Source of the DNA: Phoronis australis
Taxonomy: Eukaryota; Animalia; Phoronida
Direction of reading: 5' to 3'
Assembly (NCBI GenBank): GCA_002633005.1
Contig: NMRA01000463.1
Span: 248,001 to 312,000, forward strand
DNA length: 64,000 bases
The notes below the pieces were generated by a model. The model made no database searches. It saw only the letters and a list, made by a program, of their open reading frames with translations, and was not told where the DNA came from. This document shows, piece after piece, positions 15,401-30,900 of this stretch (its first letter is position 1; the number at the start of each line of letters is the position of its first letter). The position numbers and the translations under genes were made by a program.

Positions 15401-15899
15401 TAAATATTGTCTGTGCATAAACCATTGTCTCATTCCTGATGCCGTTACGTGATCAATTTTCCGTTTACGCAACTCACGATTGAATTGTGATGTAACTCGA
15501 GAATGGGCTTTCATGCAAAATGGACCAAACCACGTCTACGGCAAGTTTATTGTCAAACGTAAGACACATCGGTCTTAAAATACAGCGATAAACAGTAAAC
15601 AAACTATACTTTGCTGTATTAGGTATTACAACTTCTAAAAACAAGCTGTTTTGATTTCGGTTGATACATACCTGCTGTAATTCTGATCCGCGAGGTTCAT
15701 CCGTATATTCCTGTTGCAACACTTACTTAGTGGCACATTATGTGTCAAAATTGCCGTTTAGACAAGACACCGGAAGCTCCACCATGATCTATGTGACATA
15801 ACAGTCAGTAGGAGTTCCGGTCCCTTCCAGGGTGTACAGGCCGGCTGCGACGGATTATTAAAGGGTATATGGGTCAAATGTTTGAAACATATTATATTA

Positions 15900-15950
<51 letters not shown>

Positions 15951-18900
15951 AGGACCTTACTGAGGATCATTAGCTCGAAGTTAATTAACATAAAGTTAGG
16001 ATGAGTACACTAGTAAGTGTTTACCTTCTGAAAGAACAGAGATCATAACTTTTAAAGCGGGTGTAATTTGAGGGGACTTTTCGAAGATAACCTTGATATC
16101 ATTTACTTAAGGACGAAAAATGTTTCATAATGTATAAAGTCCAAGTTTTCTCCAACTTCCTATGTATTCATAAGGTCATCCCTGATGGAAAAAGGGAAAC
16201 AGCAATGTTTCTTACCGATTGTGAGCTAATTTTTTCTCAACATCGTGCAAATTCCATTGAAGGACAACCAGGCGACTGGTAACACCTTTTCACACACAAC
16301 TGCTTGGTTGAAGACACATACAGAGCTTTTTTAAAAGCTTAATTTACATACTCGGTCATAGTCTCTCCTATCTTCAGGCGTGCAGCTAAGTAGCAAAACA
16401 CTGAGAGACAAACACGTTCAAACAGAAGCCATATTCCGAGACTAAATGTCTCATCACCAAGGCGATGAGTGAAATGAACATACAATGTAGACAAAATGAA
16501 ATAAACAGTGAAAGCATGGCTGACAGGAGGTAGGCCTAGATGGGCATACAAGCATAGGGTGTTTAAGTATCAAACGGTAGGAAGCCCACAAGCTTTACGG
16601 AACAGAACCCATGATGTCTTCCCAGCGCAGTTGTTTGTCCCGTATGACAACAAGCAGGCCAATTATCTCACAGGCTTCAAAGGGTTACTGAAACCTGGCA
16701 GAATGGATTGTCTTAACTTCTGATGTAGTTAGGCAATTTCGGTGATTCAAATACTAAACATGATCAGCATTTGACAAGGAATTCAGAAATGCTATTGGTT
16801 TATGTTATAACTGAACTTTCATTTTTAGCAGCACAGCCCAGTCAGGGTATAGTTACGATCTGATCGGAGATTACTACATCAATTATCAAATAAGAGAGAG
16901 CTGGCCATCCACCAATAAATGCCAGAATGGAGTTAATAATTCTTGTAAGATATTGGCTACAGGGGTGATCTTCCCAACTTGTTGTTGGGCTACAGAACAG
17001 AACAAAATGGGAGCAACGGGAAAACGCCGTGATGCAGCGTGCCGAACCCACCTGTGAGCTGTTCAGCACATTTTTTTTTTCTTGGTATATCAATAGGGAT
17101 TCCAAAATCGTGTGACCTATCTTGTGAGATATCAGGTGGTCACCGTTTATTTTATTGTTTGTTTCTCTTCAGATATGTTCATTTCACTCATTGACTGAAG
17201 GAGACACGTGGTCTCTAAATTTAGGTTGTGTTTATCGTGTTTTTGTCTGTTATGTCCCGGTGTTTTGTTACAAGCTAGGGGCCTGAAGACAGGAAATTAT
17301 TTAGAGATTAGAGACTACGAGAAAATAATTATTAGGCAGTCAAAAGAAACGCACTGTATTGTCTTCAACGAAGTGGTTATGCAGGGCTGCCATCGAACTA
17401 TGCCGATTTCTCAACACTGTTCGTAAGTTCATTTACTGAGCACAAGAGACTTGGAAATTTTTCAAAAATGGCATGCAAAATGGATAAGCTACTTTCTACC
17501 TTTTTGCCATTTCCTTTTAATACAATCATAAAACTGTTACCACATCAATATCAAACTAACAGGCATGTACTTATTAGAGTACCACAGTCTTTGACGGTGT
17601 GTACGTTACTTTAACATTTGTCTGATTTTGAATTGAGTAAGAGATACATGTATGGGCCACTACTGGAATTTGCATTGACAACGAAAAATAGTTAGTTAAA
17701 AACAGCATAACCTGGGCCTGAAGAAGTGAGAAATTTAGAACGTGAATATTACCGTAACAACTATTTTAACATTTAATGACAGACTGCTGCATCTACAAAG
17801 CAGGTTAAGGAGTCATTTAATACAAGTACCACCAGACTAACACACTAACATGAACATTCTGTACAGGTGAACAAGTGGTGGGCTTGGAATTCCATAAAAA
17901 AACAAACCAACCGGTCTTGGATTCAATGCCACCTATCGCACCACCGGTAAAACCCAAACCTGTTAACAATTGAGAGGTTTGTAATTCCAAGTGGAATAGG
18001 TTTCCATTTCCTTTCTTAGTCAATGTGCCGTGTTTGAGTCCCACTGGGATGCATTTTTAGGCCCTTGAGTCAGGTCCGTAGCTCCTCATCTAAAATTTAA
18101 CTCTATATTAATAAAACATATACATGGTTTGAGGTGACCAGTGCAATGGGCACACCTGAGCCGCTTGCGCACCTCTGGTATAGCGTGTGCCAGACCGCCT
18201 GCAATTATTATTTTTTTTTTAATTTGTAGTCAAAATTTGAACAAAGGGACCAGAAAAATGTTCTGGTCTAATCGGTAGCACATGACCTGGCTTTAAAAAC
18301 TAGTTGATAATCTACGAATTCGCACACCCTAAAAAGGAAAATCTCAATTCATTCCAGGTAGAGAATCAGAAATAACTTAGCGCAAAGCAATGTAAATGTC
18401 TCAACACCAAACGCTAATGAGGATCACCAACTCTGGAAGTTGTTTAAACTGTTATTAAGCTATATTACGAAGTTAGTTTATCCTCAGTTCTATGTTATAA
18501 TAAATATTAGATGAAAAAGTATAGTTAATTGTAGTAGCTGTTGTCTGCAATTTGTAATTCGGATTCCATTCGGTCCTAAAGAATTAGCGTCTAGACGCAG
18601 CAACATCAATTGTCCAGCTTCTCGGTACTAAATTACATTTTTAAACATACTATACCTTTTGGTGCAATACTTTAAATATAGGGGGATATTACCCCAACTA
18701 TATCAGGGGACCACTATCCTTTTCTGTGAAATTTGCTGAGTAAATCTAAAAATCAATTATAAAACGGTAACAGCATTTCAAATAAACGTTTACAAGTTTC
18801 TCGGTACTATATGTACATGTAAGTGGAATCCAACGCTATTTGATCACTTGAGAATTAATGAAAGTAAATAAATAAAAAAAAACAGGAGGTGAAAAGCGTA

Positions 18901-21900
18901 AAATTACAATGACCTAAACTGTACAACCAAATGTCTTTGCCACTTTACTCCCGAAGTAACTCCTTTTTAACAGGTATTGCGGAAGTTTCGCTAACTCCCC
19001 GGATGGCGCTCACACCTTCCTGGACCACAACTCTTCTGAGATGATGTTGATATTTAACTCCAAAAACACAGCTGCAGCTCGCAAGAAGGGATTCCGTTTC
19101 ACTGCCAGACTCGCTCAAGCAAGTGGTAAGCCATTGATAAGGCAAAACTTACATTCGCATGAGTATTGCTTGTGTAAATTACTTAAATTACCTGATTAGA
19201 CTGGGCGTTAAAACTCAAAGATAGTTCCGTTTCATTGATCTTATGGAAGCAAATGGACACAAGCTGAGAATAAGACATCGATTTTTTCATGTTTAAAGGT
19301 CCTTTCCATACAGTTAGGTCCGCCACTATCGAAACTTTTATGTTATCCTGGGCATAACCGAAAAGTTAAACACTGCTGTTCCCAACGGCTTCAGAGTAAT
19401 TCAGAGCGGAAATTAGGGAAAGGTGACGCTACTACGGATGTTACCTTTTTCAAATATACCAGCACAATACATGTATTTTAGATTTTAACCCCTATATTAC
19501 AGTATTTAACCATTTCCGAAGAGGCTAATTATTAAAACCAACTTGATTCTAGAGTAGGATAACAGCTGATAAAAACAAAGGTGACTCGGAAGTTTTGATG
19601 TTACTGAAGTTTCGGTCAAATGAGATTTCGGTTCTTCATCAAACTTAACAGCGCAAGTTTACTTTGGAGCTGAGAGGTGGAGTTGATAGCGAAGCGTCGA
19701 GACTGCCTTCATGTACATGTAGTGATATCCCGTAATGAATACAATCTGGATGTTAATATCAGCTTGTACACTGATGGAGAACGCTTCTTTGATATTAAGC
19801 TTGTCACAATTCTGCTGATTCTAGAGCAGTGAAACAACTCAATATAAAGCATTTTAACCTGTGGATGTTGAACGATATTTGTGTTTGGATGTCTGAGTAA
19901 TCCTCATTGAAACGCTGCCATTTTACCAAAAATACTATGTTTACAGAATTTACCACACAGCCGCCTTCCACCACTACCTCACCTGGTAAGTACTTATTGG
20001 TCTAGTCATCTGTAAAAACTGAGCAGTCATACCACTTTTCAAAACAACGCATCGCCTGCACAGAGCTCCTGGTTGAGACTAATGATAGCCTTTGTGTGCA
20101 CGGTAATTCTAGTTGGAGGCAGACTTTAATTTGCCGACATATATGTAATGTAAGCCTTAACGTATGTCCTGGAAAAAAAAACGATGCATGCACAAATTCC
20201 CACCCACATGCACACAGTTGACAATAGATTCCGGCGGAATGAGCAATGACTTTTATGCTTGTAAAAACATCTTCAAAAACGTTCCCTGCGTTCCGTGAAC
20301 TCCACCAGCACACTTTCTGAGACAGGCACTCCTTACAATCGAATGGGTTGCTCAGGGAAATTCATCTTCTATCCCAAAAGCGATAAATACGATGCCCCTT
20401 TTTTCAGTAAAGTGTCTTTGCATTATAAATTTCATGTAGATGGATGTACTGTACAAATTATAGGCGAATAAAGTTTGTACATATTCAAAACGAATAAAAG
20501 CCATGTATAATTACATGTTATTACAAACATCCGTTCAGTGATTATTTCGACGAAAATGATATTCAAATGCAGAATCCAGGTTGCTATTACTGCGTGTCGT
20601 GGCATTTTAGTTTGCGTTCTTGCTAAATATCCTCATGAAAATGAATTGTCGAAATACTATGCACCGAACTTGTTGCAGGTTAAGATCAGATTAAACATAA
20701 CTGTGTGGTACACAGACGTTCTCTAGTACTATGCATAGTTGTATTACATTAAATTCAACCGATGTTACAATAGTCGTGTGCATTAAGAATTTACATTGTA
20801 AGCAGTACGCTGTAAACTACTGATCTAAATTTGACGTGTTTTGTAGCTCACCAGGGTTGATTTGCGTAAGGCCCTGACCACACGACTCTGGAAACTTTTA
20901 AAAAAGCACACTTTACGCAGATACGCGTACATGTACAGTGATGCACTCAATGCATCTCCTAACCTGGTTAACCATTTAAAGTATCCTCAACAGTGGACTT
21001 TTTAAAAATCCGTGTTCAGTGTATTAGTGTCGCAAGGAGAAAATACTACTTTGTACTCACAGTTACATGTACATGTAATGCGCTTTTGTGAATATTCCGA
21101 AAAGGAAACATCGACGCCGTAAACTTAAAATGCAAGAATAGCTGCGATTTCAAGGGGAAACAATGCTGATTGATCGGGACGTGGCCAATATTACCAAACT
21201 CGTTACTTCTTCTCCTTTCTTTCTTTATTTGTACACATGGCCATCGGCACAAAGTACCACAAACAAGCAAAAAAGATCATTCGAGTGCTATGCACACTAG
21301 TCAGTAATACACAAACTGTTCCGTTTTTTTAGATGCGTAATTTCAGTTGATCCATTATTGTTGTTTTATTTGCCTACATGTATTTATATTCTACATTTCG
21401 TGAAACAATAGCATCCTTGGAAGGATCTGGATCGCCTTATTTAGTTTCAGATTTATTTTTTTACGTTATTTAGATGCGTAGTATACATATTTCACGATTC
21501 AAAGACAGAATGTGAAGAAAACTCACGTCTTATTATTCAAAGCTGATTGGATTATTATCCCAAAATGTGCAGTTATCGGTCGCCTTCGAAATTCGAACTA
21601 CTGATTTTACACAGCCGAGTGAACCTGTGGGACAGTGGCTCATGAAAACCAGGTTAATTTATTTCACCCATTGCGGAGACCAACATGCATCGGCATACAA
21701 TGTCGCAATAGCCTGACCATAGACTTCACATTGACCGGGCGCGCGTTCTACTGCAGGTGATAACTTGAAGCCATATTGGGGAGATTTTCTAGTCACGTGA
21801 CACGGCTAATCGCAAACGTGGCAAACTGGCCTTTTCAAAGCGTGGTATCTTACACTTAAAGAGACAGAAGTGTGTGTGATTTTTTCCAGAAACATAAAAA

Positions 21901-24900
21901 ACATGTGATACAACACTTACATGCATTTTTAGAGTTAATCAGTCGATAGGGAAAATATCTAACTAATACATATAGAAGATCGCAACCAGTGACAGATTCT
22001 CGAATGGCCTGAGCGGCTGCACTCTTGTCAATCCACTGCGAGCGTTGTATTTTTTTTTTTCGTTTTTTTAAAGAAACCAGCGAGATCGCGCAAATTTATC
22101 ATTTAATTTGTGTCGCTCGATATAAGTACATTATACTCAGGACACGTACCGCTCACCCGAGACGTACTTTCGTGATGCCCCAATAAGCCTTTTCAGTATT
22201 GAAAAATGACCTCTGGTAACTTTGTAAAATTACATGTAAAATATGATCCGGGTCGCTTTAAATAGGGTCTAAGTTTAATGAGAACTACTGTGAGAATGAC
22301 CCCATTGGGGTCATTAAAATAAATGACAGGTTTTAAAGTTCATTATGGCGTTCCCCCGTCCAGTGACTTTACCATACGTACAACAGTTGTAGGCGTGATA
22401 ACATTTAGCCCCTTTGCTTACTGTCGAGTGCAGTCTTTTGTCTGGTATCACAACATGCAGATCAATTATCTACCAGGTTTACTTCCGATCACATGTGAAC
22501 ACAGTCAAACGCAGTGCGGTGGTACGTTCGAATAGAATACGTGTAGATAGCCTTAACTTCGATTGTAGTTAGGCTATTTTGGTTTTTCAAAAACTATCAG
22601 CTTAACTAAAAAGATTATTGTCACGGTGTGACAATAATGGACTCTGCGCGTGCGTATTACAGGAATCATTATGGGAAGTTACTGACAGCAACCCGTTTAC
22701 CAATATGAAAAGGAATTTATTAAAATTGTAGGAGAAATTACATGTTAATTTTTGTTGACCTTTCCACTAATTGACCTCTTCCGGTGCATTATGAGCCCCG
22801 ACGAGGGAATAATTGTTAACCTGATTAAAAGTGTGGTTAATGCTAATAATCACATAATAATCACAGATGTTTTACTTTATGCACTTCAGAATACAAGATG
22901 AATGAATTGGTCAAACTTTCAGAAGAAAAATGCACCTAATGACCTCATGGGTGCACCAAATGACCTGAAAATTTAGAATTCAAACTCAATCGCACTTAGT
23001 AAACAGATATGTAATTCTGAAGTCTCTAGTTCAAAATTTTAGTTTGGACTCAATGACGTTTGACCTATTTTTTTCTGATTGGTTAGACCTATTGCGAAGT
23101 AAAGTAGGGTCTTCAATTGGCATGTTGACTTACATCAGTGTGCTGAACTTGAAAAGAATTCCTTGAAAAACGTAAGCGATATAACATTTTGAACGTTTCA
23201 CAACCTTTGCACTAATTGACCTTATCTGGTGCATTTTAAGCATCATTAGGAGAATTATTGCAAAGTCCATGGAAAATGTGTTTAACGCTGAGAATCACAG
23301 TTGTCTAATGGTTGACACATCAGAATACTTGCTGATTGAAAAGGTCAAATTTTCAGAAGAAAAATGCACCTAATGACCCCATGTTTGCACTAAATAACCT
23401 GAAACTTTGTATTCCGATTTGATTTACCTGTGGCAATCACACCTGTCAATTTGAAAGGTTTAACTCAAAATTTTAGTTTGCACCTAATGACCTTTGACCT
23501 ATTTCACCTAATTGGATGGCCTGATTACTTAGAAAAGTTAATTTTGAAATTGCCATATTGACTTATACCTGTGCACCGAATTTGAAAAAGATAGCTTTAA
23601 AACTGAAGGAGGAGTAGCATTTTGAAAATTATATGACCTTTGCACCAAAGGACTTCTTCCGGTGCAATATGGAATATGATTATATAAACCAATCAAAATT
23701 TATATACTGTCAAAAGTCATATGCTGAATTTAAAGACCATACCTGCACCCAATTTGGAGTTTTTACGCCTCAAAGTTGGTCGGAATAAAAATAAGAAGAA
23801 GAATAAAAAGAATAAGAAGAATAAGAATAAGAATAAAATTGAAGAAAACCCAGGAACAACAGTACTCTGCGCTTACGCGCGCAAAGTAATCAGTGTTTGA
23901 TGGGGAACTCAGAAATGTCATTGGATTATGTTCAAACATCTCATAACTTATGTAAGCACCTATTTTTAACAGAACAACCCAGTGAAGCTATAAGATTCGA
24001 TTTTATCGGAGATAAGAGCAATTATCGAACAAAAAAGAGTGCTGATCTTTTAATCCTAATTATCAGTGTAAGATATTGGCAAAAGTGGTCTTCTGCCCAA
24101 CGTTGTTGTGCAAAATCCACCTAACAAGTTAGACTCAACAGGAGAACGCCTTAAAATAAAAAGCAAAAAACACAAACCAAGTTCGTTTCCAGTGCATCGC
24201 TCGGGATTGCCAACGTACATGTACAAATACATGATTGTATTCCTCTCTCATGGATCGGAAGTCAACCGATCAAGAACCGGACACTGTTCGCGCTTTTTAG
24301 TATCCCCACAAAGTGTTATTACATGTAAGTGCTCACAAAGAGATCAGCTCCGCACCCACACATTATTTCGAACATCTCCTATCCATGCCTGACCTTAATC
24401 TGATATACATGTACGTACTGCGTGTCCCTCAGACGAGAAATTTAAAATATTTTCTCTCACGCGCGCTTGGTCTTCTCACGGTTTATAGTAAGAAAACTTG
24501 GCTTCGATCGCCGGGAAGATTCTTAACATGTGGCCAAGTATTTTAGATTAGTGTTCATGCAGTTTAGCAGTTAGATACAATGTATTATGTCCTGACATTG
24601 AGCAATGTGGTCGGCACTTGAGTCGGTTAAGTGGTCGCCTAGCGTAGACGACCAATTCGGATTAAGCGTGTCCTTGGTGGGCATTTACCATTTTATGACT
24701 TAGCGGGTGAACTTTGGCCAAACAAACATTTAACTGTTTGCTGTCCGTTTACCAGTGGCAACTCAGGTCTTGACATCGGTTTATCAACTTTTGTTCAACG
24801 CAAGCTTTGTGTTGAATTACTGACGGCGTGGTAAAATCAAACGTTGAGTGATATCGCGGACGCTTAATTTCTGTCTCTTAGTATGAGACTGTTTATACAG

Positions 24901-27900
24901 TACATTATTCATAGAAACAAGCAAGAAATTTGAAATTTTACAGTAAAACTTCACGAACATCAGAATACAACGCTGGCTGTTTTACGACCTCAAGTGCTTT
25001 CATGCCGCGGAATGCTCAACAAGCAGCACGCTTTCGCGCTCATCTGTTAATGCTCTTGATCATCACTTCATCGCGCTGTATAATGCACTTTGCCACAGAT
25101 AATTATTGTTTGTTTTGTATAATTTCTTAATATGTTGGTACAGCGTTATATTGAGCTCCTACAGTGTACAGACCTCGAAATTGCACACAGCCCGAATAGT
25201 TAAGCTCGTCACCTTGTCGTGAAGCTGGTATCAACATGAGCTAAAGTCCGGCGGGTGTGCATGCAAAATCTGGAACTCAATTGATATTCACCTTGCCCGT
25301 TACGGACGTGTAAGCAAAAAATATCCGACGTCATTTTCTTGCGTAATTGTCTGCATTGGTAACAAAGAAATGTATGTCGTCGAATTGAAAGTAGTACATT
25401 CGTGACACGCGCCAGAATTTTTTCGACATCTCCCATTAGATGATGGCAACATCGCAGCAAAATTTGTTCTAAAATTCGGTTTACTATTATCAAATTCCGA
25501 AAACATATAATAAAGTGAAACCAATTCTGATCATGTGTTGAGACGTTTACGCAACCTCGAGGGAGAACGTTTGGTTGAAGAATATGGGAAAAAGAAACTA
25601 GCTAATAAGTGACGCAATATTTCATTGCACTGAAAGTCGACGCAAAAGATCACACTACAACTTTAGCAGCAGATAAAGCAATTTTTGCAACGCCGGTAGA
25701 TAATTTAGATTATTCAAGGAAAATTATATTCGGTCAGTTTTTACCCACAACGGCGCAAAGTTGTATATTTAATTTAATAAACAGCTTCGCACCAAGGCCG
25801 AGCCCCATGATAAAATGTACATGCTAGGCTTGGAACCCCAGCTACTAGCACATATAGATATTTAAATTGCGCTGGCTTTTAATTTGCATAAATTGCCGAT
25901 TTATGCAGCTGTACACGTACACTGTAGCTCCAACGAATGCACTAATCTTGGAAAAATCAGCGGAAATATCAAAGTAATTTCAGTGTTGGGGCCTGGTAAA
26001 AAAGTTATCCCATATATTTTTTCTTGTTTATTCATTGCCTTGCTTATATAATGGAACTTGTGGTCTGTATTTTCAAGTGTTTGCTTTGAATGTTATATAT
26101 GTCATTTTACCGATGTGTCATTACTTGTCACGTGACCAGGTCTTTCCAGCAAATTTAGCTAGCAGAGAAGAACGTTGATGGCAAAACATCAATAGTAATG
26201 GCATGATCAAATTTGATATCATGTAAATGCAGAAGTAATCTCAAGTACTTTGACTTCACTTGAAGTGTTTCAGTTGAAAATGCTAATAGCCTTGTGTTTC
26301 GAGGGACCAAATGTATATAGCAGACAATTTAACTGCACAAATTTAAAAGTTCTGCAATCTAAAGACATGTAAACCTGGACAAACAGGACATTTTGGCATC
26401 GTACTTTTTTATTTTCCAGCTGGTCAGATATCGTGCAGCTTTGACGAAGGTGACCTTTGTGGCTGGACACAAGCGACCAATGACGACTTTGACTGGACAC
26501 CACATTCCGTAAGACGATTGTAACAACTAGGATACTTCCTGCTGTGATAAAATGAGCTTAGCAAAAAACAAAGAATACAGTGTTGATAGCTGACTTATTT
26601 TTGCAGAATGTTCGTTGTCTCTCAGTAGTGCTTGCATGCCTGAGACTTTCAGGAAATGTACCGGCCATTTGCTCTTACTCTGAATGTACAACAAAGAAAC
26701 AAAATACTCTAGTAACTCAGAAATTGCTTAAGATCTCTTCCGAAGCCATTTAAGTACTGAACAGGTATCTCAGTTTATTCCTATGTGAACAGTTGCTGAG
26801 CATGTTTTCATTTTTGTGTGTATTTTGGTACTGTGCAAGTGATTTACATAGGCGTATGCACTAACATGTGCATTTATTTATGAGTGTGTGCGTGCATGCA
26901 TGTGCAGGCGTTGAACACGTAAACTTTCAAAGACAGCCACTAGTGCACCCATGCAGAAATTTTAACTGCTCTCTCAGAAAAGGTTCAACTGTGAGTTTCA
27001 GTTATAGTTAGATTTTGGATAGAAGTACTGCTACATGTACGTCTGAAACAGTAAGCTATTCCAAATTTCAACTAATATGAGCTTAAGCCATGACCATCCG
27101 TGCGCTACAACTAAGCTCCTTGTTCTATTTCTAGGGTTCAACTCCAACCAGAGGCACTGGTCCTAGCGGTGGGGATAAGAATACGCGTTACATCTACACC
27201 GAAGTGTCTACAGTTTCCAACTACGCCAAAGCTACGATTTTCTCTAACTACTTTCCCGGTACGGTGGCGGAGAACCTGGGAATACCTTCCTCTTGCCTTG
27301 CACAAATACATTAAACTAATATATTTGTATGTCTCACCCTATCAAGTTTAACTCGGAAATCCCCCTCTCTTGGCGACAACTAACTGCTTTCCCCATCAAG
27401 ATGTAAAAAACAATCTGTGAAATGAAGCATTACTAGTTTTGATGGGGTTTCCATCACTTTGAAAATGGGACCCGTGACAATATTACGTTTTGGTGGCCTT
27501 TTTGATCTGGTTGAATTCTATTTTTAAAGTTGTCTGGTGCATTGTTCAGGGCAGAGGAGAATACTGAAATTATTGCTCACACCTTTGTAATCACCAACAT
27601 GCAATTGCACTTGTTATCTCAAATGACTGGCTTTAGCACCTAGGAATCGTTCTTTCAATCTGTAAAATAATCGGGATCTTCCAATGTGTAATTTTCAAAA
27701 GAGAAATGATTTAAGTGCTTACGATTTTTTCCAGTTACCTTATCGTGCTCAAGAGTAACAGTATACATTGGTGCATTGTGACTAGAAATTTAAAATGAGG
27801 AATTCCATTTCTTGCAAAGAACCATTTGCAGGACATACAATTAGCACTTTAAGTCGGTTATGTTAACTCACACCCTCAGTTTTTTTATAACTGAATAAAA

Positions 27901-30900
27901 ATGTAGCTCTCAGCACATCACACTTTGACAATATGACAGGCTTATTTTCAGTTGAGTATTTTTTAATTAGTAGAATTGAGTTTGTACATTGGAAAATGAA
28001 ATTGATTATTTTAAGAATTAGTGGTAACCGAGTTTATGAACGCATTTGTGATCCAGAGCCCGTTTCATGAATGTTTTCCTTATTATCAAAAGTTCACCGA
28101 TGACGTCATCTAGACCGAGGTGCTTGCGGTTGTTATCTACTCTTGCAAAACCCCGTATGATAATTGTGGCCTTAAGAACTTAAGTAGAAATTTCTGAGAG
28201 CAGCTACGGATGGTTCTACAACTACAGTTACAGATTTCTTGAAATTTTACGAGGGGCTAACCCTGTAGATATGCACCAAGTCGCATTCATTATTCTCATG
28301 CAAGCTTCGTATTCGTATTTATGCTGGTTTTGCAAAAATGGCTTTTTGTCACTCGTTTCGATAAAAAACTGTGAAACTTGCAAGACTATTGAGCCAGCTT
28401 AAAAATCGAAAAACTACGTTTGACTTATGTTGAATGTATCTGACCACAACGATCCAGAAACACGTTTGTAGTAAGATAGACGTTTCGAAATTTCAGAATT
28501 TTGGCGAGTTTTCAACGGATTGATTTTCGCCATTTTCCGTAAGAAAGCAAGCAAAGGATATAGCATATGTTAACATTAAACCAGTGTGATATACTAGTAT
28601 TGTGATAGATTAGCATTGCAAGTCAAAGTTTGGTCATGTGCCCTCTTAGTGGTGAACATAAACTGACTAGGCTATGCTGTTTGGCTACTTGACTTCAGTG
28701 ATTACACATCAGTTTTATGAAAAGACGCACTACAAACATCACTGTTTGAATATAAAAAGTGGTAAAGAAGGGCATTATTAATTTAGAGGGTTTTGGAACC
28801 ATTGGAATCAAAAAAGAAGGTCTTGGTGCGAGTCATTCTCAACCCATGATAAATTCATTGTTTTTTCCGTAGTCTGGTAACAACATTCACTTCAAATGTT
28901 TATGATTGGGGAGTAGCGTGAAGCGTATGAGACAAGAGTGCAAGTGGTGATGCATGTACGATGATTGTGGAGGTCCGGGGGCGACTTTGGTCGCTCAACA
29001 AACTACAAAACGGGATCATACTAAGACAGCGACATATGTTTGTATAACAGTGTTACTCAGATCCACCCCTCAAATACACACCAGAGTGTAGCTCGTATGC
29101 AACTAGAAAACATGCAAATTCTACCTAAAGGTTGGGTAGGGGTTATGAAACGGTCTTTTATTTTTGATTTTTGTAGGCCTTGTGTAGTTGTTTCAGCGAT
29201 ATTACATTTTAATCTAACTAACCGTTGGAAATGACTGCTTCAGCGGCTACTGTGTATGAATCCTGACTGCATGTATTACGTTTGCCATTCATGATACGGA
29301 TCTTTTAAATTAGTCTGCAACCAAATATCTGATTTATAATTCTCATTAAACCGTGCAAGTGAAAAATGTCCCTTTTTAATAAACGTCATGCTAGTATTTA
29401 TTTAACAATAAGCATTCAGGTAATGGGCCTTATGCCTGCATTCAAATATTTGCAGGTAGGACATTCTTTACAGAACAAATACCTTGCTGCAGAGATTCGT
29501 GATATGGCGAGGTGTTATTGTGAGAGCTGGCAATATGTAAACATGCTGGAGGATACAATTATTAACCCCAATTACCTCGCTCTTTCTTAAATATCAATAT
29601 GTAGAATTTTTTAGAAATTGTGCATCGTACATGTACATGAAGTTCGATTACGAATTATATTATCTTGTGTAAAGCTAGCCAGTCGCCTTGAGAAGCCTAC
29701 AATTGTCAGTTCATCAATTGATAATTTAATTTTGGGATGGTTGTTACTGTTTCCCTTCAAATATGAACATACAGCACACATCACGAATTTTTGGCCGACC
29801 GGTCGGAAATTGGTCGACGACTAGCCGTCGACCGGTCGGCAAATTTGCCGACCGGTCGGCTAAAAATTAGCCGACCGGCAGCCGCCCGCAGTGCCGACTC
29901 ATAAAGCGACTCCCCAGCCGACCGTTCAGCCGACCCTTCAGCCGACCGGCCATCAGCCGACCAGCTGGTCGGCTGCTATTTTTAGGCTACAGTAGCAGTT
30001 GCGTAATAGGTTGTCAGGCTGATACCACTTTGCGTGTCGATGCATATTCGTCTTAGCACAGGGTCAAATAAATTAACCTAGTCCCACTGTCTCCGTTGCA
30101 TGAGTTTACATCGGTTGTGTAACACCAATAATTCGAAGGTTGAAGGCCAGTGGTAATATTATTAAATTATGGACAGTTCTACAAGTTTTGGTTAAAAGAC
30201 GTGAATGTTTTCTTTACATTTGACCTTTAATTTCAATCGTGACGTTAACAAGCTGCATTAGATTGGCTGCTTCCTGGTCAATACAACTCTGTAGTCATTT
30301 TGTAAACGCAGCCAGTTTTGACACTCTTCGCCCATAATTGTTTTTTGTTTGTGATACGCAGTACTGCATCTTTTTGCGTTTTTAAAATTCTCCACGGTAC
30401 TAGTATCACGTGCCCAAGATGATGGGATAGTGACTGAGTTGTTACACCGCAAAGAGCTCTCACTCCGGGGTTTTTATTTCCATATGATTAACCCTTGCCG
30501 TACAGAAGCAAACTTCACGGTCCAGAATGCCCTAAGCCCACGGACTTCGATGACTCTAACTTCATCATAGGGTTACGATTTCCACGAACTTGGACAGTGA
30601 CATCAAACACGGAATAGCCACTGTTGAGGCTACAACCAATTCTAGCTTTGCGCATTCCGTTTTTAGGGCATCGGTGACGTTAAAATCAGCGCTAGTTACA
30701 TGTATCAGTTCTTCGTTCACGTTGTTCCAAAAATAAATATTTTCTGTCAANNNNNNNNNNNNNNNNNNNNNNNNNNNNNNNNNNNNNNNNNNNNNNNNNN
30801 NNNNNNNNNNNNNNNNNNNNNNNNNNNNNNNNNNNNNNNNNNNNNNNNNNNNNNNNNNNNNNNNNNNNNNNNNNNNNNNNNNNNNNNNNNNNNNNNNGTA

